Shown one piece after another: positions 12,495 to 24,781 of a stretch of 64,000 bases of DNA. The stretch spans positions 138,525-202,524 of the forward strand of contig RDEW01000012.1 in NCBI GenBank assembly GCA_011109175.1, given 5' to 3'. Source of the stretch: Dicyema japonicum (Eukaryota > Animalia > Dicyemida). The translations under genes were made by a program, and so were the position numbers. The stretch's first letter is position 1, and each line of letters opens with the position of its first letter. The notes under the pieces are model-generated. The model had not been told where the DNA came from. It saw only the letters and a program-made list of their open reading frames with translations, and made no database searches.

Positions 12495-12960
12495 TATACA
12501 ATTCCGGAACATGGAGAACTTCAAAAAAAATTTAGAGTGGCTAGATACTTTCCACAAAAGCCAGCTGCGCAAATTGACGTAAATCTTATGGCCGAAAAAA
12601 ATCTCAAACGAGAAACTATATGCTCTATGTAATTCTACACCAATTAGCATGGACGTTATTCTATCAAGATGGAAACTATTTGGAAATATTCTTAGACTGG
12701 ACCCGACTACGCCGTGTAACAGAATAATGGAAGAATTTCTGCTGCACCCGAAGTCACGGATTTTGAGGCAGACTAAGAAACACACTTCCAATTTGCTTAA
12801 AAGATGATTACAAAACAATCGGTCGTAAATTAGTGAAAGCAGACAACCTGAATGATGTTTAAATGAGGGCCAGAACAAGATGGCGTGGGCGAGGATGGCG
12901 AAGAGGATGGTTGTAAAGCATGGCTCAAGCGAAACCTTTTTAGGGCTACGCGAGGGAGGT
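12495..12960 (+). mobile_element. RTE-clade LINE, 3' part
   Basis: YNSGTW, DTFHKSQLR, SRWKLFGNILRLDP; follows on from the protein that stops near 10860. Confidence 0.75.
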
Positions 12961-13009
12961 TTTAACTAACTAGCTATCAGTTGGGTTTCCACCCCAATAG
13001 AAGGACTTG

Positions 13010-13860
13010 AGATTGTTCTTCATTATATATGTACTGCTCAAAAGAATAGAGAATGCTTACGGGTATTATGATAGCGTTTGGCGTGTTGGCTGTTACGGAA
13101 TAAATTTAATTTAATGTTGGAGGTACAACAATTTTATGTATGAAGGATTTTCTTCTGAAAGAGAATCTTTTGCACCCGTTGGAAATCAACTATCGAAGAT
13201 AATTTTATTAAAAAGAAGGGTTTCATAAAGGTCTGTCTTAATTCCATTTTTATTTATGTGTGACATTCACAAAAATGATAATGTATGCAGATGATATACT
13301 TCTGTTAGACCTGAATGGAGCGATCAAAACTATGTATGAATCAATTACAATATCTTGGAGTATGAGTTAATTCAAAGGATTCTTTTAAAGATCAAATCAA
13401 GAACAGAAGAAAAAAAGCTACCGCGATGTGAAATCGCTTCTATAATTTCACTTGAGTCCGTAAACTTTTCTCTATTTTTATACTGTTGATATAGAACCGT
13501 TCCTAATTTATGACTTCCAAGGATGGTTTGAAAGTGATGAAATATATTCAAGGATGGTTTGAAAGTGATGAAATAATAAGAAGAAAAAAAGCTACCGCGA
13601 TGTGAAATCGCTTCTATAATTTCACTTGAGTCCGTAAACTTTTCTCTATTTTTATACTGTTGATATAGAACCGTTCCTAATTTATGACTTCCAAGGATGG
13701 TTTGAAAGTGATGAAATATATTCCAGTGGAGCTTCTCGATAGTTGGAGAAGATATGCTATTAAATTAGCATATGGACTTGATTCAAAATCTAAAGTGCCC
13801 CCTAATTATGAGAGACGCACAAGGTCCATTGGAAATATATTGCACCACTTAAAAAGATAA
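13010..13860 (+). mobile_element. LINE RT/C-terminal fragment (family of 23060-25260)
   Basis: Close DNA similarity to 23075-23120 and 24455-25260 (GCTACCGC.ATG.TGAAATCGCTTCT; LAYGLD.KSK.PPN). Confidence 0.75.
13406..13718. repeat. Tandem duplication of about 140 bp with an internal 28-bp duplication
   Basis: AGAAGAAAAAAAGCTACCGCG...CAAGGATGGTTTGAAAGTGATGAAATA occurs twice; the CAAGGATGG block occurs three times. Confidence 0.9.
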
Positions 13861-13861
13861 A

Positions 13862-14070
13862 TAGCGAACTCCATCCCATAATGTCGTCAGTCTGACGGCA
13901 ACAGGAGCAGTCGATACACGTTCATTGTTTCATCCAGAGCATTGTGGGACTTAGTCTCCTGGAGACAGCATACAGATATTCCGTATCGTTTGAGGTCAAC
14001 ACATAAGTGTTGTCTTTTTACGTATGATGTTAGTCCTCTTGCATTGAATGATCAATAGAAATAGGTGAAT
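13862..14070 (-). mobile_element. RTE apurinic-endonuclease N-terminal fragment
   Basis: SFNARGLTSYVKRQHLCVDLKRYGISVCCLQETK parallels TFNVRGLS..CLQETK at 53870-53970. Confidence 0.75.
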
Positions 14071-14629
14071 GAAGAAGATATTGTGCAAGAGAGACACGTC
14101 ACCACTTCTACCAAATGAAAGTCATTGTGTAACAAATTAACTAAATTTAATACTTTTTTGAAAATTCGATTATTTTTTTCTTAACATTCTTGACGACTTT
14201 TAGTCTAAGAATATAAGGATCTTTGGGTTATATGAGAAAATATCTTCGGACAACTAGTAATCCAAAATCAATAAAGAGGCGGTCGATACCGGCGAGGATT
14301 AGCATCGTGTACTGCTCTTCTCATTGGTTATGGTGTCAACTCATAATTTGGGGGATTTTCAAGTTATCCGAAAAGGATTTTGAAGGTTTGGTGTATTTAG
14401 GAATTTTCGTTTTCGTATGTGCAAAAGTGAAACTCGAAATTATAATCGATCACTGTGTTGGAACTTCCTGGATTGTAAATAAATTTTTCAGAACGTGAAA
14501 TAATTTAGAGCATGTGATAATGATTGACAGTTTACGAAAAGTCCCAAAAATCAATATTCAAAATTAACTGTAATTTTGGATGTAACTGACTTCCCCTTCT
14601 CTTGGGGTTGAGTCTGAATCAACACATTT

Positions 14630-14890
14630 TTCCAGTCGTGACTTCCAAGCTACGCGATAAAGGCTGGGGAGGCTGCTCGGACTTTCGAAAATTTCAAAAA
14701 GACAGTCTCTTCACCAGATTCCATCTAAAGCTTGTTTTTTGAGACGAGCGGAGTCTTCGGTCCCAATACGGTCTCTTCTATATCGCTTGAGTCAATGACA
14801 TCGAAAGTGAATAATGAGCGTCGGGAAACCTAATAGCTGTTCAAAGGATTTCTCTAACAGTTGTCAGGGGATACAGGCATTCCATCATCT
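14630..14890 (+). mobile_element. CRE-like LINE 3' end (restriction-like endonuclease)
   Basis: VFETSGVFGP and FQRISLTVVRG motifs, degenerate. Confidence 0.6.
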
Positions 14891-15285
14891 CGACTGGAAT
14901 TTATGAATATTGTATTTTATTAGTTAAATAAACTATAAATTAGGTATCTAATTTAGTTATTTGTCCTAATTCTTGGGACTATTCTCTTTTTAAGGAGTTA
15001 TTTTTTAAACAGTTGTTTTAATCACATTCAATTACCTATTGATTTATGTAAAGGAGTTCCTTTACATTGCATATCATAAATTGCTTAAAAACATTTTATT
15101 TTAAATCACAATAATTTTATAAGTTCGATAATACGACTAATGTTAATCGAATGTTAATCGACCTTCACTGAGTTACCCTATTCCTAATTTTGTAAACAAA
15201 AATATTATTAAAATGATTTTAATTTGTTAATATTTATGCTTTAATGCACATTAAATGTAACTCAGGTTATTAGTGTATTCTGGGT

Positions 15286-15381
15286 TAATAAATATTACAA
15301 TTCAAACAGATAATGGTTATTCAAAATCATTGTCAGCATAATAAATATTACAATTCAAACAGATAATGGTTATTCAAAATC
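15286..15381. repeat. 43-bp direct repeat with 10-bp spacer
   Basis: TAATAAATATTACAATTCAAACAGATAATGGTTATTCAAAATC at 15286 and 15339. Confidence 0.9.
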
Positions 15382-16189
15382 CATCCTCGTTTCTCATAGT
15401 CCTCGAGTCATGTTGGAATATTGAATTTTGTCGATAGTGAATTTACAGGTTGTTGAAACCATACCAGAAGTTTCGAAAGTAAAGAAGCAAAACGTTAAAG
15501 GTCTCTCAAACCTTATTTATTTAATTTCCTCCGTTATTCTGATAATTTTTTTAAAGATATTTCTCAGTACGAACTTGACCCAGATCTATAATGTTAAATC
15601 AAAGACGGCGAAACTATTGATGAACTCTTCTTGAAGAAAATCCTGCCCAGAAGCTTTGAAACTATGGTTTTTGCGACTGGGACAATTTTCTGGCTTAGGA
15701 TTTGTGCGCTTGAACCCCATCCTTATCGTAAATGTGTTGAAACACAGTCTGAACAGCAAAGATGCGAAGACTGCTGAGGGAGGCCGGGATCATCTGCATT
15801 TTTTAGTTTTGATTATGACAGTGGTTTTCTGGTCAATAAATTTAATTTAATTTAAGTTACAGTTAATGATCATTAATCTAATCGATTATTTAAGGCTATT
15901 AAATTTTATTTATTTTTTATTCCTTTCACAAAAAAATTACCGTTGAGAAAGATTATTGGCTTTAACACAAGAATTCTTCTAAACAATAAATAGACTTTCA
16001 GTACTCGTAAGCATTAACCTAGAAGGGTGTAATCAGTCTTCCGAAACTTTAGCCTTGCAATCATAAGGGGTAACTTTCAATTTGTAAGTGGTACTTATAA
16101 TAAAAACTTTTATTTTATTGTTATATAAATTGATCAAAACTGACGTGCTTTCTCAATTATTTAGCCTTCCATTCTCCTGTTGACTCCAA

Positions 16190-16360
16190 CAAATTCCAGT
16201 ATGATGTGGAAAGAAAGCACTGAAAATAAGATATCTGATGTTACATAGAGTAACTTTAAACGTCAACAGAAAAAAGATTAAAACTATAAAACTTATCCGG
16301 GGTATACGACAAGAAAGTTCTCTATCTCCCCAGCTTTTGTAGAATCCTAAATTCTTAGTT
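16190..16360 (+). mobile_element. Short RT remnant
   Basis: IKLIRGIRQESSLSPQLF resembles RT motif RGILQGDSLSPLLF. Confidence 0.45.
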
Positions 16361-16419
16361 ATCAAAATTATTATTTAATTCGATCCATATCGGTTAATAA
16401 GAATACTCGAGGGAAAAAT

Positions 16420-16570
16420 ACAATGTTATAAATGACTGGTAAGATGACGGATACTTCAGAGTTATTTTTCTTAAAAGAAATTGCAAATAACTTGCAACAA
16501 GTCTGGATTCAAAGTGCCTGGATGGATATTGAGGTTACTGTTATCTCAGATTCTTGGAGGAATATAATGA
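16420..16570 (+). mobile_element. Possible Merlin/IS1595-like transposase relic
   Basis: TVISDSWR resembles the ISXO2-type TIISDxWxxY motif; very short. Confidence 0.3.
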
Positions 16571-17699
16571 AAAAATGATTTTTAAAAACTATCTCTGAAA
16601 ACAGGAGAAAGGATTGTGAATTTGGTTCAGCCGAAACTTAACACTATAAACCTGTTTAAAGCGATAAACAAAGTTCATAAAGAAAGATTATATATAGTAG
16701 AATCAATTTTTTTTGTGAAGACATTTCATTTTTGCATAAAATCGAATTTATGATGTTTCAATTCTTATCAACTAAAGCCTCTGAGTGGTTTGTTAATGGA
16801 AACATCGCACGAGAAGACATAACAAAGTGCTAAGACGAATACGTTTGTAATTATGGGAATGGACTTAACCAATAAACTAACATTTCTTTAAATTTTGAAT
16901 CAAATTAGAAAATAAAATCAAAGAAATGACATATACTGCCTCAAATTGTATATTGATTTAATAATACTATAATAATATCCGATCAGTCTAATATCCCTTA
17001 AATTACAAATTTGATTTACAAACGCAATATTTATTTAACAATTAATCAAATTTAATACTAAAATAGTCATCATTAAATAGAGTGACTTGCGATTTTTGAC
17101 CAACCAGACTTAGTGTCCTGGCATTCTCCTTATTTTAGTATTTGAGTTTGGTGGCAATACTCAGTTCTATTCTGATTCGATTCGACTAAGTTTTTATAAG
17201 TAAAAATATTAGGCAATACAACATTAAGGACACCATACACTATTTTTACAGATCCATCACTTAATACAGCAGTGATCTGGATTCACTAGAGCAAGAAATA
17301 GATAAATAAATATTTTATAGATCAAACGTCAGGCATTAACACATGACATCCAAAATGACTTTGATGTATTGTACTAATAAAATTAATGACGCATAAATCG
17401 TATCTATATAGTGATCACTGCTTAAGCTAAATTTATATAGTTAAATTTATTGATCCCCGTTTAATCTACAAAATTTGGATTAACTTAGCTGTTATTTCAA
17501 AAAACATTAAACTTTAAACATATATAAGTAGGTTGGTGTGATTGAATTGACGTGTCCTTGAAGATTATCATTGGTTACCAAAATTGAGCATGGCAATTGA
17601 TAAAAGAACTCTTTTAATATGAAAATAAGAATTAATTTTAATTTAATGAAATTTAATTAATTTTATAAAACGATGACTTTAATTTAGTTATCACTATGA

Positions 17700-17830
17700 C
17701 CATGCCTGTCAAGATTTCCGATTTTGTGGAAGGCCGATGTTAACTTTGCCGGTAGTTCTACAAAAGGACTTGAGAAATCTAAAAAATTAAAGTCTGAAGA
17801 CTCTTTGATAGCCCTGATTAGGTGTGTAGA
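17700..17830 (+). mobile_element. RTE C-terminal remnant
   Basis: GRPMLTLPVVLQKDL versus GRPRTTLPVILDEDL at 56600-56640. Confidence 0.45.
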
Positions 17831-18064
17831 AAAAGTTGATATTCCAAATTATTTCTTTTGCTGCACATTCTGTTCAATAATGATAATATAATATCAGTTC
17901 CTACAACCACCTTGTGAGTAAAAAGAAAGTCATGATAAATCATTGGTTCCCCAGAAGATAGAATTGTAACATAAATGATACAATAGGTTTATCGGATAAT
18001 GTTATATTCATGAAGATTATGGTGATTATATGCGTCTTAATTTTTAAACAAAATTTTAAATATT

Positions 18065-18103
18065 AATTGGGCATTTTTTATTTTCTGTCACCTCAAGCGA
18101 CAG
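18065..18103 (+). repeat. Dispersed 39-bp motif with hairpin, copy 1
   Basis: AATTGGGCAT..TATTTT.TGTCACCTCAAGCGACAG; second copy at 21092-21129. Confidence 0.7.
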
Positions 18104-18683
18104 CGGATTTTATGAGTATCTTTTACAATTAATTTTGCCCAGACTGAGTAAACCGTCAATTGATGTTATGAAACTTTGGATAACATAAAATTAATAATAG
18201 GGATTATAAATATCGAATATGACAGTGCACTGTAATTTTGTGAATCAATTCACATTGCGGTTCAAAATATGTGGTCAATGTTAAAGTAAATTAGCCAATA
18301 AACCCAAAAAGGATAAAATATAAAAGGAAATGTTGCAACAGGAAACTTTTAACATAAAATTAGAATGGAAAGTGAGAGTAAAAACAATTAAATTATAATA
18401 TTAGGCAATAAAGCGTTTTTCATATTATATCGCATAATCGATAAAATCCCACAGCACTGTGGTTTAACTTTTACATAATCATCATAAAGTTTAGTGCTAT
18501 ATTTATCGAGCATTCTGATTACATAATATTGATTTACTGCACATTTCAGACAACAATAAATATATGAGTAGTCGATATTAATCCTGAATTTTCATAAATT
18601 TAAAGTGAAATTTATTTAATTATTAATTAATTTAGTGATACTTAAAAAAGTAAAAAATATATTTAATCCATTGCAATTAATGA

Positions 18684-19830
18684 ATGAGCAATCTTAATTC
18701 TACAGGTTGACCTCAGTTGAACTTATAATTTCCAGGTCCACCTAATGATGAGCCTGGCAATTCACAAGAGAACTCTTTTAGTTCCAATGTCAACAACCCA
18801 AACCATTCAACAAATTCGTATACCTCTAATTAAATTCCTAGGATATCTCAGACTACATTCACTCAACCGATAATTAATGTTCCAACTTCATATTTTGGTA
18901 ATTTCCCAGCATTTTCTCTGCCCTTTCATAATCAGAACCCTTTATATCAAAATTATTTTCAAAATCTTCCTTTTTGTATGCATCCAATGTATGCAAACAG
19001 ATTTCATACCACTGCCCTTGCTCAAATGAATCTTTTGAGAATGTGTTCGAGTATGCCTCAGTCAAAAATTGCAAAGTTATTGCATTACTTAATCTTATTA
19101 GTGAAATTCCATCACCCTTCACCACTGCTGACAGTCTTCCAAGAAATGCTGATATTAAACCTTGTGTTTCTGATGCTCCTTTTCCTATTCAAAAAAGTAG
19201 AAAAGAAAAACGTGGAATAAGTCCGTCGAAAAAGGATGATAGGTTTCTTTTTTCTTGTTACAATTTTAGATATTATGACAGACGTAGAAAAAATAACAGA
19301 GCTGCCAAAAAGTCCAGGGAGAAACAAAGAATCTCCAATACTCGATGTAGATCCAGTCTGATTTATTATCACTGCGAGGTGGATGAACTCACAAAAGCAC
19401 TTAGGGATCTTGTTAGAAAATATTCAGTCCCATTGACTGAGCTTGGTTCTGCTGCAAGATTTTTAGAACAGCCAGTGACAGGTCGTTATTTTTATTTACT
19501 TTAGCTGAAACTGCGTACGAATCCTCTAAAAAAATGCAAGCTTTTCCTCAATTCCCATTATCATTGTCTAATGTTAACTTACTAATTGATGAGAATGGAG
19601 CACCCATAAAACGCTATTTGGCAAACGAATACCAAAAAACTTTTCATACAATCCCTCTTGAAATACAAAATTCTGAATCAGGGGTGACTCTCAATGACTT
19701 TAATCTATACGATCGTATCCACCCAAACTTAGATGCACTACATGAAGTGCAAACTTCTAGAAGAGAAAATTCTGAAGATGAGGATTCATACAAAATAAGT
19801 CGGCCTAATACTCCAAATCCGCATATTTAA
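18684..19830 (+). CDS. PAR-subfamily-like bZIP transcription factor, 6 exons
   Basis: Introns 18706-18735, 18818-18841, 19076-19101, 19243-19269 and 19482-19504 give one frame. Spliced basic region KKDDRYYDRRRKNNRAAKKSREKQR resembles the PAR/giant-type KDxxYWxRRxKNNxAAKRSR. Exact ortholog not recognised. Confidence 0.82.
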
Positions 19831-20120
19831 GTGATTTTCATACCTCTCATTTTAACTTTATTACCTCACATTTAATTATGTTTGTCTCAACTATTACTTA
19901 ATTTAGTCTAATTGTCAAATTGATTGACCTATTTAATTGATCGCCTACTGATTATTTGACAGCAAGTCTATTCTTCGATGAATGGCTGTTATAGTAATGG
20001 CTATTTACTTTAACTGAAAAAACCCAACTATCACTTATCTTTAAAAAAATCAATTTTGTAATGAAGATAAATTGTGATCTCTCAGCAAATAGCCATTATC
20101 GTAACCACAAATATGTGTAA

Positions 20121-20176
20121 GCACTATACCCTACATCCGCACTATACCCTACAATTATAAAGCACTAAACCCTACA
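20121..20176. repeat. 15-bp motif repeated three times
   Basis: GCACTA(T/A)ACCCTACA at 20121, 20139 and 20162. Confidence 0.85.
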
Positions 20177-20619
20177 CAAATTTTAAAACTACTTATAAAA
20201 CTCTATAACCATTCGATTGAACATTTCTCTTTAAATAGACGACAATTATTTTCAAAATATAATTTGCATATTAAACATCAAAATTTCAATTTGAATAAGT
20301 TTGGTAATTATCATTATTTTTAATAGATTACGATTAATATTTAATAGAAAAAAGATTTAAACAATTTTGGAATTTCTTTAGGTTAAGTTACCGTGTTATT
20401 GGCAACCATGTTGAGAATACTAAACCTCTGAATTTTGTAAACTAATCACCCATGTATTATTGTGATATGATTTCTGATTAGTAATTGCATTTAACAAGTG
20501 TCAAAAGTATGACTCGACAACTATCTAGTGGAGATTATTCAATTGACCTGATCTTAAGTGCTTCAAGAATTATATAAGTTATGTATATATAGCTACGAGT
20601 ACACCGTTTTTAAAAAAAA

Positions 20620-20735
20620 CTTGGGGAATATTGTAATTGGATTCAAGCATAAATAAAAGTATGAATGAGAGTTCTTTTTGGAAGGCATGTATTTCCAAGG
20701 AAACCCATTTGTTGTGGGAAAAAGAGAGACAACTA
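20620..20735 (+). mobile_element. piggyBac-like transposase relic
   Basis: SINKSM, FGRH and RKPI..GKK approximate the piggyBac SIDESM..F.GRH...KP..G.K block, with frameshifts. Confidence 0.4.
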
Positions 20736-21091
20736 TGACGTTAAGATAGGGTTGATAGTTAATCCCTCTAAGAGGATAAAGGTGATTACATAGATTTTGA
20801 TAAGCTTGAAAGTTAATCTAGGTCTTATTTTTATTTACTATGGTCTTATTTTTGATATTATTATCATAAATATGAAAATTATATATTAAATTATTTACCA
20901 TGCTTGAACAACTTTATAATTTTCAAAAAAATTTTCACAATTAACGAAAATATTTAAGTGAAATTTTAATAAACAAAAACTTATCTAACAAAAAGTAATC
21001 TTTTCAATCTAAGATTTTTGAAATGATACGTTATGACAACCATTTTCATCAATTTTATCGCAATAAAGAAATATACCAAACTTTAAATATC

Positions 21092-21129
21092 AATTGGGCA
21101 TGTTCTATTTTTGTCGCCTCAAGCGACAG
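21092..21129 (+). repeat. Dispersed motif with hairpin, copy 2
   Basis: AATTGGGCATGTTCTATTTTTGTCGCCTCAAGCGACAG; TGTCGC/GCGACA stem. Confidence 0.7.
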
Positions 21130-21204
21130 ACTGAATTAAATTAGAGATGGTTGAAATTAATAAAAATAAAATTTTATTATTATTAATGTTTTTGTTTATT
21201 TATA

Positions 21205-21575
21205 ATCTAAAACCCCGGATCACCGAGAATGAAGACATAAATAAAGTCAAACCGTAGGGTGATAATCAACTGTGGTCTTCGTTTTTATAATTTACTTATT
21301 TCAGAAATGAAAACGATTATTGAACAGATCATCCGAAAACTACCCATCCGTTAATAATCAACATTTCATAGATATGCATGTAAAGACATGTTCTGCCCAA
21401 TTCGGTCGAGACAATTGGAGTATAAGCATTAAGTCTTTCTCTACTCAAACGACTGGGACACCTGGCTGCACTCAGAAACTCCGTGACAATCCACCTGATC
21501 TCTCTTGCCATTGTGAGAGTCAACACCGTATCAATTATGTTTTAACAAAAGAAAATTTCCTTCGAAAATATTAAA
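21205..21575 (-). mobile_element. Retroelement fragment ending in the GATCAC stem-loop tail
   Basis: Plus strand CCCCGGATCACCGAGAA ... GGTGATA matches the tail at 25375-25432; body not identified. Confidence 0.55.
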
Positions 21576-21594
21576 TGCACGTGTTAGGTTAGGT

Positions 21595-21860
21595 GACGGA
21601 AAAAGAAGGCCGGAAGGTTGAAACTGGCAAAGTACACGGTTCAAACCAATGATTTTTGTTTGTTCAAATCGCCGTTGAGACGTCTGGTTTCCTCGCACTT
21701 GCAACGCTAGAATTCTTGAGTCGTCTAGGGAATCGGATTTCTATACATCACGAAAACCCAGTGAGCGCTGTTGGTTATTTGAGCGAATCACGCTCGCCAT
21801 CCTTATAGGGAATAGCTACGCAGTTAAGACGACCGCTATGACAATTTGCTCACTATTTTT
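21595..21860 (+). mobile_element. CRE-like LINE 3' end
   Basis: KYTVQTNDFLFVQIAVETSG and WLFERITLAILIGN; DNA clearly similar to 29095-29335. Confidence 0.75.
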
Positions 21861-21924
21861 CCTTAATAGATTATTTTTTAATAATAAAAAATTAACTATT
21901 ATTATAATTTCATACGTCTTTTTA

Positions 21925-22418
21925 ATAAGTGGACCTAGTAACCGCGAGGATCCAAAAGAAAATTGGAATTCTCGAGGCTTTCACTCACTCTCCAGTATTT
22001 TCCCGCCCATCATTAGAGCCTCTATACAAACAATTTGTTCTACCTAGTATCGAGTACGCCTGTGCTGCATGGATTGCCCCTTATCAATATCGGCACAGAG
22101 CAAGCTGGAGGTTTTACAAAATCGATGTCCTTATTGAGATCGTCGAAAAAGACGTCTACCTCGTTACTGTGGAGAACAGTAAAAGTCCCCCAATCATGGA
22201 ATACCTTACGGAACGTCACCGGGATTTCCTCAAGATGGCAAAGTCCCTTGACCATCCCCTCGGACCGCACATCAGACTATATATGGACGCCTGCCCGAGA
22301 TATGAGAAGAAACCTTCCTTTCTGTGGATATTAATCCAGGACTAAAGGTCTGGTATGGACACGGGGATCACTTAACTTTTATTCGTGATTTCGGGGTTAA
22401 AAAATAAAATAAATAAAA
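21925..22418 (+). mobile_element. Ingi/Vingi-like LINE 3' fragment with tail
   Basis: LYKQFVLPSIEYACAAW; ends GGGATCAC..GTGATTTCGGGGTTAAAAAATAAAATAAATAAAA. Confidence 0.75.
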
Positions 22419-22679
22419 TGAGCTTTAGATTACCTGGAATATTGTCCTCTGTATAATCAAAGACAAGTTCTTGTCAAGGGGATTAATTACATGTCCTTGT
22501 TCTATCAGACAAGTTTTTGTCAAGGCATTAAAACATATCAAACAATTGTGACAATTTATAAGATCAATAAATAATTTAATTAGAATATAAATATTATGCC
22601 ACAGGCATATTAAAGTTACTTGGAATTACGTTAAAAAATTCAATAACTTAAAATAAGTTCTTTCTGCAGGATGAGTCAT

Positions 22680-22950
22680 CGCAGATGTCCGTGCTTGTAA
22701 TGAACCTTCTTGGCAGGCTACTAAATGCGAAATACACCAAATTGGTAATTGACAACAAACCCTAGGATCCCCTAGTTATTAAACAAATCACCTGCTGCTT
22801 ATGGACGACCTAAAAATATTCTCTTGATAGGAAAGCACAACTATTGTGATGACGAAGGCGATAATTCTTTCTTTGAAGTCGCTGGCCTTGAAAAAAATGT
22901 CAAAAAATCTGATAATAATGTGCTCACCCTGGGATCTGAACCTAACTTAC
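22680..22950 (+). mobile_element. R4-like LINE RT fragment
   Basis: NHLLLMDDLKIFS. Confidence 0.6.
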
Positions 22951-22969
22951 TGACAGAATTTTTAATTTA

Positions 22970-23043
22970 TTTTATTAACCCCTGATATACCGAGAAAGAA
23001 GTTAAAAGTAATCAACTAGTAGCACCACATGGTGCCACGTGGC
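22970..23043 (-). mobile_element. Miniature (about 75 bp) element: hairpin head joined directly to tail
   Basis: Minus strand GCCACGTGGCACCATGTGGTGCTACTAGTTGATTACTTTTAACTTCTTTCTCGGTATATCAGGGGTTAATAAAA combines the two ends of the 4286-4597 element. Confidence 0.75.
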
Positions 23044-23154
23044 GTTTTAATCCACAGTTTATAATGGATGGATATTCGAATTTTGTATGTACTGCTAAGA
23101 ATAGAGAATGTCTTACGGTCGTATGTCTAGACATATCAAAGGCTTTTGATATTT

Positions 23155-24442
23155 TGTCACATGGGCGGCGCGTAACGCATGGGCAGCCTGTTACATTTTT
23201 TCGACCTTGAAAAGGTCTTTTGATTATCCGATATTTAATTTTGTATATCCGATTTATATCGTGATTTAATCCTGTTAAATTAGTTTTTTATTAATAAATG
23301 TTATGATTATAAAGATTTTATTTTTTATAGCGGTAAACCTAAATTTCTAGCGTGATTTATAGCATGGAAGATTATTTTGTTGCAATGGCTTCTTACAAGG
23401 GTTTTGTGAAAGATTGCGTTGAATATCAAACTTTAAAAGATGCTTTGCATGATAAATTTCCTGAAAATCTTCCGAGGCACCGAAAATATAGGCTTGTAAA
23501 GAAGATAGAGAATTTTTCCATATCAATGACAGGTATTGTAAATTTGCAATAATTTTTGACTGTATCTTAAATCAACTGATTCAAAGTTAGTCATATCTCT
23601 GGATAATGAAACCTAAATGGAGCATGTTGCGAAATCGTTGCACGTGTTTTTACACGGAGGAGTCAATAAAATTGAGTATGAATGTCGACAAAGATACTTC
23701 ACTGTAAAGAATGAGATTATCAGAAAAGTCATTCGAAATTGTGAAGTCTGCAAATTTTCGTGTCCTTTAAAAGTTTGTGATGCTTTATAATTGGAGATAT
23801 AAATAACCATATGTTTGCTTCTTCTCCAGATGAACGTTTTCAGGTAGATCTAATAGACCTGAAATTTTCAACATTAAATGAAAATTTCAAATGGATTTAA
23901 CAGTCATTGACATGTATAGTAGGTTTGTATTTTTTAATTTATAGATTCGCTTTTGTACGACCACTCTATAATAAGTCCACTCTATATGCGAAGAGATTCA
24001 ATTTCGAAATTAAATCGATTGAAGAAAATTCTAATTATTACAAAGCTATGAACAGGAAAATGAATGTTCATAATAGTAAATATACTTTCAACATGGGAGA
24101 TAAAGTATAAATTAAAAACATTAATAAATAAGTTCGGGCTAAAAAAGGACTTTGGAACAAATCCCTCTTGCGACTGGATAAGTTTGAGTCTCAGTATTAT
24201 CCAGTTGCAGAAATAATTAATATTTTATCGAATAATCGCGTGGAGGTAGTTTTAAATAGTTTAATTTGATAGATAAAAAATTCGAAAGGAGAAATATCGA
24301 CTGTATTAATGAGTAGACTAAAAAAGTTACTTAAATTTAATTTTTTGTGGTTAATAAATCATTTATAAAATTAATTGAAGTTAATCATGGTTCAAAATTA
24401 ATGTAACAGGCAGCCCATAGGTATCGCTTGGCCCATGTGATA
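23155..24442 (+). mobile_element. Ginger2/TDD-like DNA transposon (retroviral-type integrase, about 40-bp TIRs)
   Basis: Left TGTCACATGGGC..ATGGGCAGCCTGTTACATT; right AATGTAACAGGCAGCCCAT..GCCCATGTGATA. Interior CEVC, PDERFQVDLIDL, FKW-LTVIDMYSRF. 4-bp ATTT or TATT duplication (register uncertain by 1 nt). No RT or LTR seen. Confidence 0.8.
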
Positions 24443-24781
24443 TATTTGGCATGCTGGGTTGTAAAAGACTCTGTCAAATTTAAATGTTGGAAGTAAGGCA
24501 CTTGTGGTGATTGATGGATTTTCTTTCTGTTAGAGAATTTTTTATACGTGTTGGAAATCATATATCGAAGAAAATTTTGTTAAAAAGAGGGGTTCCACAG
24601 GGCTCTGTTAAAGTCCCCTCTAATTTAATTGTGTTATGTGTGACATTCCGAAGGTTGAACACTTAAATTCAAAAATGCTAATTTATGCTGATGATATACT
24701 TCTGGTTGATCAAAGTATAAATAAATCGATTTCCTGAAACGTGCTTTAACCAATAATGAAAAAAATTAAATGTCGGTGCCG

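Noticed and set aside
21584-21593. TTAGG telomeric repeat as a CRE target site
   Set aside because: Only two units and not present at the other CRE junctions.
21205-22418. Outward-facing tails acting as TIRs of one composite element (also 8320-9219 and 48155-49215)
   Set aside because: No TSD around any pair, interiors unrelated, and head-to-head neighbours are expected by chance at this TE density.
23010-23043. Helitron 3' end (hairpin then CTAG)
   Set aside because: The CTAG here is part of the shared LINE-type tail (AACTAGTTAG at 25415) and is absent after the 4568 hairpin. Not fully excluded for 38477.
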